Shown here: piece by piece, positions 1 to 14,255 of the stretch
Numbering within the stretch: the stretch's first letter is position 1
Layout of the letters: the number at the start of each line of letters is the position of its first letter
NCBI GenBank assembly: GCA_039621445.1
Contig: CP154954.1
Span: 1,240,001-1,304,000, forward strand
From: Euglena gracilis
Taxonomy: Eukaryota
DNA: 64,000 bases
Direction: 5' to 3'
Notes under the pieces: model-generated
Seen by the model: only the letters and a program-made list of their open reading frames with translations
The model's database searches: none
What the model was told of the DNA's origin: nothing
Translations under genes and position numbers: made by a program

Positions 1-52
1 TTACTTTTTATTTTATGATTTTTGGTTTTTAGTCAGATGATATGATTAATAT

Positions 53-686
53 GTGCGATTCGTTTATTGATTTACTAGTGAAAATTATAAAATATTTTTA
101 ATAATTGTTAATCATTAGTTTAAATTATTGAATTTTAGGAAATTTTTATTTATTAAAATATGTTCAAATATTTAACTAAAATATACGGTTTTAAGTCCAA
201 GTTTTTTTTGATTTAATATTGTTTTTTTTTTGATGCAAGTTAAATTTTAGAATTTTATAAGATTGTTAAGGTAATATTATTTATTAGAATAGTTTTCAAT
301 TTATTATTAAATCTATCATGACATATTTGAAGGTAATTTTTTAATATCAGGAGTTTTTGTTTTAAAATAAATTTTTAAAGTTTTGAATTTTTAAACCTTG
401 ATAGAGTAACTATTTTTATAACTTGAAAAACTTTAAAAAAACGAAGCAATTATTTTTTAATTTTTGGGATAGTTTATAATAATTAATTCTTTTTTGAAAG
501 ATTTCAATGTAATGTTTTGTACTTTTTATATTTTCAATTTAGTAAATTTTACTTTTATTACAAGTATGTATAAAGTTAAATATTTTTACTTTTTACAATA
601 ATGGTTGTTCTTCTTATACTTGAGGAGCTGTATGATTGGCATATCATGTACAGTTTTGTATGAAAGGCTTTTAGTTCTATTCTTTC
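53..686 (+). other. Internal group II intron of a psbD twintron, inserted in domain V of the external intron (external intron ends at 746)
   Basis: Starts GTGCG, has its own domain V (GAGCTGTATGA...TCATGTACAGTTT, ~625-656) and ends CTATTCTTTC like the external intron. Removing it rebuilds a domain V hairpin AGTCAGAT-GATAT-loop-ATATC-AG-ATCTGGTT. Confidence 0.85.
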
Positions 687-746
687 CAGATCTGGTTTAA
701 GGAAAGATTTTTGCTATCTTTTTTAGTCAGAAAAATCTATTCTTTC

Positions 747-3789
<3,043 letters not shown>

Positions 3790-3790
<1 letters not shown>

Positions 3791-6700
3791 GAAAGAAAAA
3801 AACAAAGAAAGAGAGACATTGAAAGGAACAAGAAAAAAAAAAGAAAAAGAAAGAGAAAAAAAAAGAATTGTTGGCAAAAGAAAGGGGCGAAGAGTAAAGA
3901 AAGAGAGCAAAAGGAAAAAGAGGAGGCGGATAAGAAAATCATGAAATTTAAAAAGATTAAAAAAGATTAGGTCTTATTTTTTAATGAATGCAATACATTA
4001 GAAATAAGAAAATTTAATGGAGATAAAAAAAATAATAATTAAGAATAAGTTTTTACATTATGAAAATAAATCAAAGAGAAAAACAGGAAAAAAGAAAAGA
4101 AATAGATGTAAAAATTTTTAGAAGAAAAACAGTTTAAAAAGAGAAAAGACAAGAAGAATAAAAAAGGAAAGAGTTAAAAGGATTGTTTTTAAAGGATAGA
4201 AGAAAAAAAAAAGAAAAGAAAGATGAGTAAGAAAAGAAAGAAAGAAGAAGAAAAAAAGAAAAGAGAAAGAAAAAGAAAAAAGAGTACGAAAGAGAAAAGG
4301 AAAAAAAAGAAGGGTTGTTAAAAAGGTGTAAAAGAGAAAGAGGAGGGAAAAAAAAAAGAAAGAAGAAAAAAAAAGAAAAAAAAAGATTTGATAAAAAAGG
4401 CAAAGAGAAGAAAGGAAACGACGGGGATAAAAAGAGAAAAGGAGAAAGTTAAAAGTGAAGAAGAAAAAAAAGAAGAAAGAGAAGGAAGCGAACAAAAAGA
4501 GAAAAAAAAAAAGAGGTGGAAAGAGGAAAGAAGGAAAATAAAAAGGAAAGAAGGAAAGAAAAGAGGGGAAAAAAAAGAGAAAAAAGGAGACAGAAAAAAA
4601 AAAAAAAAGGAACAGAAGAGAAAAAGAAAGGAGCGAGTTAAAAAAGGATAAAAATAAAGAAAAATAAAAAAGAAAACGAGTAAAAAAGCGAAAAAAGAAA
4701 AAAAAAACAAAAAAAAAGAAAGAAAGAAAAAAGAGTAAAAAGAAAAAAAGGGAAAGAAAAAAAAAAAAAAAAGAAGGGAAAAAAAGAGAAAAAAAAAGAA
4801 AAGAAAAGGAAAAAAAAGAAAAAAAAAAAATGACAAACAAAAAAAAAAAAAAGGAGGAGGAAAAAGTAAAGGGAAGAAAAGGAAAAGAAGGAAAAAAGAG
4901 GAAAAGAAGAAGGGAAAAAAAGAAAAAAAAAAAGAAAAAAAAGGGAGAAAAAAAAAAGAAAAAAGGAAATTGAAAACAAAGAACAAAAGGGAAGGAGTTT
5001 TTAAGTAGACAAGAAGAGAAAGAAAGGAAGAAAAAGATTTAAGAGGAAGAAAAAAATAAAAGAGGAGAAAAGAGAAAAACAAGAGAGAAAGGTAGAAAAA
5101 GAAAAAGAAGGAGAAGAAAAGAGGAAGAACGGGAAAAAAAGGAAAAAGGGTTGAAAAAATAGAAGGAGGGGACAAAAGAAGAGAAAAGGGAAGAAAGAAG
5201 AAGGAAGAGGAGAGTTGAAAAGAAGAAAAAAAGAGAGTAAAAAAAAGAGAAAAAGGAAGAAGGAAATAGAAAAAAGAGAGGATAATTTTATTTAAAGGAG
5301 GAGGAAAAGAGGAGAGAAGAAAGAAAAAAAAAAGAGAGAAAAAAGGAAGGAGAGGAAACAAAAGAGGGGAAACAGGGGGAAAAAAAAAGAAAGAAAAAGG
5401 GGCGGAAGAGGAAAAGAAAGAAAAGAGAAGAGAAAAAAAAAAGAAAAGAGAAGAGAAAAGGGGGAAAAAGAGGGAGAAAGAGAGAGGGGAAAGGGGAGAG
5501 AGGAACGAGAAAACGAGGGGGAAAGAAGGAGAAAAAAGGAAGAGGGGAAAGAAAGAGGGAAAAAAAGAAAAAGGGAAGAAGAGAGAAAGAAGGAAAAGAG
5601 AAAGGGGGGGGGAGAGAAAAAAGAAGAAAAAAAAAAAGAGGGAGGGGAAAAAAGAAAGAGAAAAGAGGAAAGAAGGAGGGAAGAAAAAAAGAGGAAGGGA
5701 AAAGAGGGGAGGAAGAGAAAAGAAGGAAGAAAGGGAGGGGGGAGAAGAAAAAGAAAAGAGGGAGGAGGAAGGAGAGAAGAGGGAAAAAGGAAAGAAGAAA
5801 AGGGAAAGGGAGAAAAGAGAAAAAAGGGAAAGAGAAGAGAAAGGAAAGAAAAGAGGAGAAAGGGGAAAAAAGGGAGAGGGAAGAAAAAAGGAGGAAGAAA
5901 GGGGGAAAAGAAAGAAGGGGAGAGAAAAGAAAAGGGAAGAGGAAGAAGGAAAAGAGAAGGGAGGGGGGAGGAAGAAAAAGGGAAAAAGAAGGGAGGGGAG
6001 AAAGGAGGGAAAAAGAGAGGAGAAAGGAAGGGGAGAGGGGAGAAAAAGGAGGAAAGGAAAAAGAAAGAAAAGAAGGAAAAAAAAAAAAAAAGAGAAAAAA
6101 GGAGAGGAAGGGGGAGGGGAAAAGAAAGAAGAGAAAAGAAAAGGAGAAAAATAAGAGGAAGAAGAGAAAGAGGAAAAGGAAAAAAAAGACAGAAAAAGGG
6201 GAGGGAAAGAGAAAGAAGAGGAGAGAAAGAAAGAGAGGAAAGAAAGAAAAAGAAGAGGAGGAGGAAGAAAAAAAGTAACGAGAGAGGAAGGAAGAGAGGG
6301 AAAAAAAGAAGAGAAAAAGAAGAGGAGAAAAAAGACGAGGAAGGGTGAGGAAAGGAGAAGAAAAAAAGAAAAAAGGGAGAAAAAAAGAGAAAAAAGGAGA
6401 AAAAAAGAAAGTAAGAAAAAGAGAGAGAAAAAAGAGAAAGAGAAAAGGGGGGAAGAAGGAAGGAAAAGAGAGAGGGGAAAGAAGAAAAGGAAGGAGGGGA
6501 GAGGGGGAAAAAGAGGGAAGAAGAAAAAGAGGGGGGAGAGGAAAAAGAAAGGAGGAGAAAGGAAAGAAGAAGAAGGGGAAAAAGAGAAAAGAAAAAGAAG
6601 GAAAGAAGAAAGGAAGGGGGGGGAAAAGGGAAAAGGGAGGAGGAAGAACAGAAAGAGGAGAAAAAAGAAAAAGAGGGAAAGAAGAGAAAGAAAAAAAAAG

Positions 6701-7815
6701 AGAAGGAAAGAGGAGGAAGGGGGGAGGAAAGAAGAAAGCAGAAGGAAGGGGGAAAGAGGAAAGGGAGAGAAGAAAAGGAAAAGGAAGGAGAAGAGAGGAA
6801 GCGGAGGAAGAAAGAAAAGGGAGAGAAAAGAAGAAAAAAAAGAGAGAAGAAGGGAGGAGGGGGAAAAAAGAGGAAAGAGGGAAAAAAAAAAAAAAAGGAA
6901 AGAAGGAAAAGAGAAAAAAGAGAAAGAAAGGAAGAAAGGGAAGGAAAAAGGAAAGGAGAAGGGGTAAAGAGAAGAGAAGAAAGGAAGAGAAGGAAAGAAG
7001 GGAAAAAAAGGAAAGAAGAGGGAAAGAAAAAGGGGAAAAAAGAGAGAAAAAGAAAAGAAGGGAAGAGGGAAAAAAGAGGGGAGGGGAGAGAGAGGAAAGA
7101 GAAAAGGGAAAAGGAGGAAAGAGAAAAAGGAAAAAGAGAAAAGAGAGAAAGAAGAGGAAAAAAGGGGAGGAGGAGAAAGAAAGGAAAAGAAGAAGAAAAG
7201 AAAGAGAGGAAAGGAGAAAAAAAGAAAGGGAAGAGAAAAAGGAAAAGAGGGAGAAAAGGAAAGAAGAAGAGAAGGAAAAGAAGAGAAAGAGAGAAAAGAG
7301 AAAGAAACAGAAAAGAAAGAGAGAGAGAAAGGAGAGTGAGGAAAGAGAGAAGAAGAAAGAGAAGGAGAAAAGAAAAAAAAAAAAGAAAAGAGGAGGGGAA
7401 AAGAGGAAAAGAGAGAGAAAAGAAGAAAGAGAGGAAAAGGAAAAAGAAGAAAAGAAGAAGAGGGGGAAGAAAGAGGGAGAGAGGAGGAGGGGGAGGAGAG
7501 AAGAAAAGAAAAGGGAAAGGAAAGAGAAGAAAAGAAGAAAGTGGAGAGGAGAGGAAAGGGGAGAGAAAAGAAATAAAAGAAAGAGAGGGGGGAAAAGAAG
7601 AAAAGAAGGGGGAAAGAGGAAAGAGGAGAAAGAGCAAAAGAGAAGAGGAAATAGAGGGGAGAAGGAAGAAAGAAAGAAAAGGAGAGAAAGGAGGGAGGGA
7701 GAGAGAAGATAGAAGAGGAGAAGAAGAAGAGAGAAAAGGAAAAAGGAGAGAAAAGAAAAGAAGAGGAAAAAGGAGGAAAAGAAAAAAGAAGAGCGGGAAA
7801 AAAAGAGAGAAAGGA
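3790..7815. repeat. Aperiodic polypurine (A/G) low-complexity tract, likely sequencing/assembly artefact
   Basis: About 4 kb almost free of C/T on +, no repeat unit, G content rising rightwards, small AT-rich plastid-like scraps inside (~3940-4120, ~5280). Confidence 0.75.
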
Positions 7816-7930
7816 CGAGTAGAAGAAGAGACGTTCGAGGTTTGTTGGCAAAGATTTGGAATCCCAGTTGTTGTTGTTTTGACAGTGGTGGGGGTGGGAT
7901 TCAAAACATGCTTTCTTTTTTTGACCCCAG

Positions 7931-10135
7931 CACATATCCTGCATTGCTATATCCACTACCTTGCCCCACGCTGGCAGGGCAGAACGGGAATCGGCCAAAC
8001 AGCCAGGGTGGTGGGTGGGGTGCCCCCTGCGTGGTGGGTGGGGGGAGTCGACCACCCCCCCCACCACCTCTTCCCGTTGTTCTGGGGGCACCAATTTTCG
8101 GACCCGAAGAAAATTTCCCAGCGGCCTCGCCTTCGGCGCCGGGTGTTTTTTTGACCCATTTTGGGGCCCATACAGGGGGTCCCCCCCCCCAAAATCCCCA
8201 AAACCCCGTTTTTTCACACTTTTTCTCAAAATTTTCTTTGATTTTCTTTGATTTTCTCTTTTGATTTTGAGAGGTTTTTGAAGCAATAATTCTGTTTAAA
8301 ATCCAAAAAAAATTCAAAGAGAAAAAACGTTAGTAAATTTTGGTTGTGCCAGGATTTTTTTTGACCTTCGCTTTTTTCACCCCCCTCCTAAAAACTGCCA
8401 GTTTTTAACCCTGAGATCCTTGAGACTTTTTGTGAAAAAAATGTGGTTTTCCATAAAAAAAAAATGAACCCATGCATTTGGGTTCATTTTTCCAAAAGTT
8501 TTTCAAAAAAATTTCCCGGGCAAATCCCCCATTTACCCAAAATTGGTGAAAATGCTGTAGTGGGTGGGGGGGGGTCGACCCACCCCCCCACCAGGCCTTC
8601 CCGTTCTGCCCTGTCCGCAGGAGTTCCTTGTTCTTTGCCTGCCAGGGGATGTGTACGTGCGGGGGCCGGAGGAGTCAGAGGAGTATTTCAGCCTCTGCCA
8701 CCACCTCGTCTCCCGGGGACTGGCCCGAGTGGTCGGCCGGCACCCTTGACGGAGTTTGGCAGAAGGAGACACAGGACTTCATACAGGCAAGTGCACGCAA
8801 GCGCGCGCGCACACCCACACCCACACATGCACACACACACACACACACACACACATGCACACACACACACATAAACACACGCACATGCACCCACACTCTA
8901 ATTCGTGGTTACACATGGTTACACCCTCACAACGTACCGCCACCCCCCCCCTTGTCTGTGCACCACCCTTTGTGTAAGCACCACCCACCCGGTTACCGGC
9001 CTCCCACAGCCTCTACATTTTTCAGCAGTAACGTCAGAACCATTTGGACCTCAGAGTCGCCCACGAGACTGAGTCCCACCGATGTCCTCTCAGGGAGGGA
9101 GGCTGCAGGCACCTTCAGGATGGAGGTGGATGGGTGGGTGCCGACCCTCCCTACCCCCCCCTCACCAGTGCAAACCAAAATCGGATGCAAGCAATACACT
9201 TGGGAACCCCCACGCTCAAAACACGCAAAGCACAGTCGCGTGGCCGGCAAACCCCGGGCCCCAGCCTGGAGCAGCTGGCCGCCGCGGAGGAGGCGGCGGA
9301 GCGGGAGGGGCGGGGCTACTGGCAGGCCGTGAAGGCGGTGCCCGTTGCCCGGCTGAAGGGCAAGGTGTGGCGGCGGAGGCCGGGGGGCGGGGATCCGGGG
9401 GGCGGGATGGCGGGTATTTTGTGCGCGACAGGTCAGGCAGAGGAAAGCTTTGAAGCCCAGGTTGTTTTTTGATAACAGGTTTTTTTTCTATGACAAATGG
9501 ATATGGGCACGCGCGCACACACACGCACACGCGCGCGCACACACACACATGCACGCACGCATGCACGCACGCACGCACAGACGCACACAATGCAGACAAC
9601 ACACACACACACATGCACGCACGCATGCACGCACGCACGCACGCACGCACGCACAAGACACACACGATGCAGACAACACGCACACACACACCTACACACA
9701 CACGGCGCCCACAGGTTACGTCAGTCTTCTCCGGGTTCACTTTCCGGGTGGAAGTGGAGAGCGTCGTCAATCAGAGCGAAGCAGAGAGGGGGATGCCCTT
9801 GGCAACGGTTCTTGGCTCAGATTGTCATCCCTGTAAGCAGCTTTCGAGAGTAAGTTCGGATTTTTGGAAGTCCAATGTGCAGAAGCGGTTATGCCACCCT
9901 GATTTCGAATTTTTCCACAGAAAAAGAAAAGAAGACCGTGGTTTATCCTACTGGCCCACCCACCCTCCCACACACACACACACACACACGCACACACGCA
10001 CACACACACACGCACACGCACACGCACACACACGCACACACGCACACGCACACGCACACACACACGCACGCGCGCACACACACGCACACACACACGCACG
10101 CGCGCACACGCACACACACACACGCGCGCACACGC

Positions 10136-10216
<81 letters not shown>

Positions 10217-13200
10217 CACAGCACACACACAGTCCCACACTGACCCCGAAGTCCTGACCAGCGTCCCTCTTGGGCCGCCAGCCTGGGTGAGGGATCGGCT
10301 CGACCACCACCGCCGAGCCATCCGCCTGCACCTCGCGGAGGTGCTCGCGCCGCAGCTGAACCAGGCCTTGGGAATCTCTTCAAACTGCAATTTCAGCGTC
10401 TCACATCAGTGGAGAATGCAGTCATGGCAGAGGCAATCCTGGCAAAGCCAGGATTGCCTCTGCCATGACGAACTCCTGCGTCTTTTTGGGAATGTGGTGC
10501 CCCCCCCCCCTAGTCGTACGACCACCCCTCATTTATGACCACCCCCCGGTCACAGGTTGCAGGTCATGGGGGTGTTATGACCACCCCCCCCCGGTCACAG
10601 GTTGCAGGTTGCGAAAAATTTAACCCCCAAAAATAAGTCCCCCCCCCTCTGGCCGGTCCGAGCAAAAATCCATGAAATGGACCCCCCCAAAATAAGGTCC
10701 CCTCTGCCGGCGCGAAGCGCCGGATTTTTGAAAAATGGGACATTTTGGGGGGGGTAAATCTGCCATTTTGGGACAGTTTTCACACACTTCTACGACCGCC
10801 CCCTCATCTATGACCACCCCCCGGTCACAGGTTGCAGGTTATGGGGGTGTTATGACCACCCCCCCCCCGGTCACAGGTTGCAGGAACCCGGTCATACGAC
10901 TAGGGGGGGGGGGGTAGAGAAAAGGTGGGAGGGTGTCGGGGACGTGCATTGCTGTACGCTCTTGCATCAGTGGTCCCGTTGTTTTTCTGTTTTCTTTGTG
11001 GCCAATGGAAGGGGTATGATGCAAGAAATCCGGAAAAAAATTCGGCATTTTTGAGGGTCCCGCCCCCCCCCAGTTTGTCCGGACTGACAGGAGGTGGGGT
11101 CGAAGTAGGGTGGGAGTCCCCTGAGGCTTCCACACACCAAATTCTATCACGAAGCCAGAAATGAGGCGATGGAGTTCCTGTTCAATAAAACCGTGGAGGT
11201 CCACATCATCGCGTATTACGCCGGTGTGTGTCAGTGGGCTGCCCCGGTGTCATGGGTCCATGGGCAACCTCCCGCTTGAAAGCTGACGGCTTCAGGGTCG
11301 GCGAACAGGATCCAACGTGGAGTGTTAAGCCAACTTGCAGGCTAACGTATGTGTGTGCACGCAAGGCGGAGAATGCCTCTCTTTCGTTTTATTTTTCTTA
11401 GGAGTAAACAAAACAGAAGCAATTTTTAACAAAATAATACATATTATTTAATAGTGTTTTTTGCCGGTTTTCACGGAATATTTTCTAGTCCATACCTTTG
11501 CCCAGGCAGAAGATCGGTCATTGTGGCTTTCTTTGTTTCGAAATTGGGGAATTGTTTAGCACGCCCCTGAACGGCTAGGGTCACAGATGTCGGGTTTTTT
11601 CCTGGTCCGGCCATCTGCCATTCTTTGGAGGCGTGGCCACCTCCCGGAACAGTCCTCCTGCGGTGCCACAACGATGCCCGTGTGAAGGTTTTTGGAACCG
11701 ACATGTGAGAAATCATTCGACAAAGTGCACATAAAAAGCATAAGTTGTATTTTCCAGAAAAGATGATAACGTTTTCATTTATAAAACACGCTGAAAATTT
11801 CCCCAAATTGTTTGCATCCATTTATTTTGAAATATAACAAATATTAATTGCATATATTATTGTTTTTTTATCAAATATAACAGGATCTGCAAATAAAAAA
11901 AAACTCCTCTGATTACCAGCAGGCAGAACTTGGCCAATTCCAGGGGGGAGGTACACTCAGATACCCACGTCTTTCGGCAGAGGGGGTCTAAAAATGCCTG
12001 GAAATTCTGCCCAGACATTGTGAAAGCTGAAAGCCCAGAAAAAGGCCATTTGTTGGGGGATTTTAACCCAGAATCCCCCTTTGCCAACCCCTCCCACACA
12101 GGATTTGAGAAATGAAGATGGGGGGAGTTGGAGGGGCGCCCCATCTTTGCCAGTGCTTCCGCGATCGCAACAGCGATGCATTCCTGGAACTGTGGGCCCC
12201 TGACCATGTTTTCCAACCAAATGAAGAGCCCTTCCCCCCTCCAACCCCCCTTCCCCCATGGACGAGTTGATTCTTTTTATTTGTGTTGCACCTGTTCGAA
12301 GGGTGGCTGGCTGGAAGAAGGATGCTGACTTCGACTAGAACTGTGTCCGACTGGGCTGACAAAATCGAAACTGACGAAAAAAATGCCCAACAGACTGCCA
12401 TGTATGCAAAAGGTCCATTTCGTGACCCAAAGCAAGCTCTTGCCGGCCCATTTCCGGCCATTTTCGCCCATTTATGCATCCGTCCTCTGCCCTGGACCCC
12501 CGGTCCATATTGCCTGCCACCAGCTTAGTTCGCTCACGTTGAGGAGTACCAATCGCAGTAGAAAAAAAGGTGATGTTCCGCCCATTCCCTTCAAAAAGTC
12601 ACTTGGCAAGGGTGTGTCGTTTTGGAGCAGGGGCTGGTTGCCTGGAGCGCCACGGCACAGCCTGTGCAGTTCCTCAAAGAGGCTGCCATTGTCTGCTGCC
12701 ATATATCAACACACGCCCGAACACGCACACACACAAACACACACAAACACACGCATGCACGCATGCACACACGCACTCACGCACAATACACACACAACAC
12801 GCACGCACAACACACGCACGCACGCACAGACACAACACACACACACACACACACACATGCACACACACACACACACACCACACACACACACACACCACAC
12901 ACGCACATCGTCTGACATTCTTGGCGAGGCAATATGGAATTTGGCGCACCCACTGGCAATTTCGCCCCCCCCCCTACACACTGCTGGCCCTGGACACCCC
13001 CCTTCTGTCCCCCCCAACTGTCACCCCCTTTCCCCGTTTTTTGAGAAAATTTCATTCAATGTTTTCCCCTGAAAAAAAAGTTCCTAAGCTGTGAACTTTT
13101 TTTTGAAATGTGTGCGAAATTCTCAGCTGTGCCGGGGGGGGGGGGCTCCCAGAGTTGTTTCGTGGCATGCAGCACAGGTGGCTACCCAAGTAAGCAAGTA

Positions 13201-14255
13201 AGCGGTGGCGGTGGCCTGGGCTAAGTGTGTGCGTCTGTGCCCGCAGGGGTGGAGTTGATCAAGGAGCCTGTGGTCGTGCTCGACGATTACGCCCATTTCG
13301 TGCCGGGCTGTCTCTGGGCAGTTGCATCTCGCACTCATTCCCGAATTGCCTTATATATCCCCCCCGAGGGCAGATATATCCTGCCCAATGACCTGGCGTC
13401 ATAGAGAGTTGTCAGCGTCTCCAATGCTGACTGACCTGTCAGGTGGCAGTGTCCACGGGGAGTAGCTGGGTTCAACGTTCGTGGTCTCGCGTGATTTTTT
13501 TCCGAGCTATCGTTCGTGTTGTTGTTTTTTTGGTGCGGTGAAGCTCTCATTTTCTTGTTGGCATCAACAAACACCACCATCATCACCCGACAACAAATGA
13601 TGACTCGGTGTGGATAAACGAGATAACTCCTCCGCACTGCTGTGAAATGGTGGGGCATCGGTCCCGCTGTGGGTTGGGGTCTTTCCCGCAATGGTGGGTT
13701 ATTGTGATGACCCTGTGAGTTGGGGCTTCCTTTGGCGCAGCAATGTTTTCCTTCTTCAACAGTGTATTTTATCAACGTTTATTTTGGAGTCTTTGGCGTT
13801 GAAGAAGACGCCATTACGAGTCCCCCAAGGTTTTACAAGGGGGGGGGAGGGCCACTCGGGTCTGTTGGTCTTGATGACCCCCCTTCTTGTACCTTTCAAG
13901 GCTACTCCCGACTGCCTGTAGATCGGAAAGACCTTGGGAGGGAGGGAGGGGGAATGGTTTTCCAGCCCCCAACCCCCCCTCTGACCAGACCCTGGATTTG
14001 GGTCCTTGAAACCGTCCGGATGAACAACCCACCCCCCAACGTCCGAGCCCCCTGGGTCAGTGGGGGTTGCCTACGATGGAGGTGGACCTGCGGAGGGGGG
14101 TCAGCCGTTGGTTGTGGGGAAGCTGCCCCCCCCCGCCCCCAGAAAACAAAGCCAGCCCAGGCCCCAAGGGGACGGTGTACTACGTGGACCCGGAGAGCGG
14201 GAAGTCCTGCAGCTTCCAGGAGCTGCTGGTCCAGAAGTTCGGCACCGCCCGCCAT
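7931..14255 (+). CDS. Exons encoding at least two tandem staphylococcal nuclease (SNase/Tudor-SN-like) domains
   Basis: Motif order matches the SN fold twice: [34 protein letters not shown], then [69 protein letters not shown]. Recognised by eye only. Confidence 0.6.

Larger units (their letters stand above)
8810..12905. repeat. Intronic (CA)n/(CACG)n microsatellites at ~8810-8890, 9510-9705, 9970-10230, 12720-12905
   Basis: Directly visible. They produce the HT/CV-repeat pseudo-ORFs in the ORF track. Confidence 0.95.

Noticed and set aside
4118-8286. Long F/S/L/P-rich and K/R/E/G-rich ORFs (up to 1322 aa)
   Set aside because: A by-product of the A/G-only tract, which cannot form stop codons. 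No protein signal.
12283-12700. Possible extra exons in intron 11224-14160
   Set aside because: The flanking exons already join in phase ([11 protein letters not shown]), and there are no convincing splice signals.
8675-13094. His-Thr and Cys-Val repeat ORFs
   Set aside because: Translations of intronic (CA)n microsatellites.
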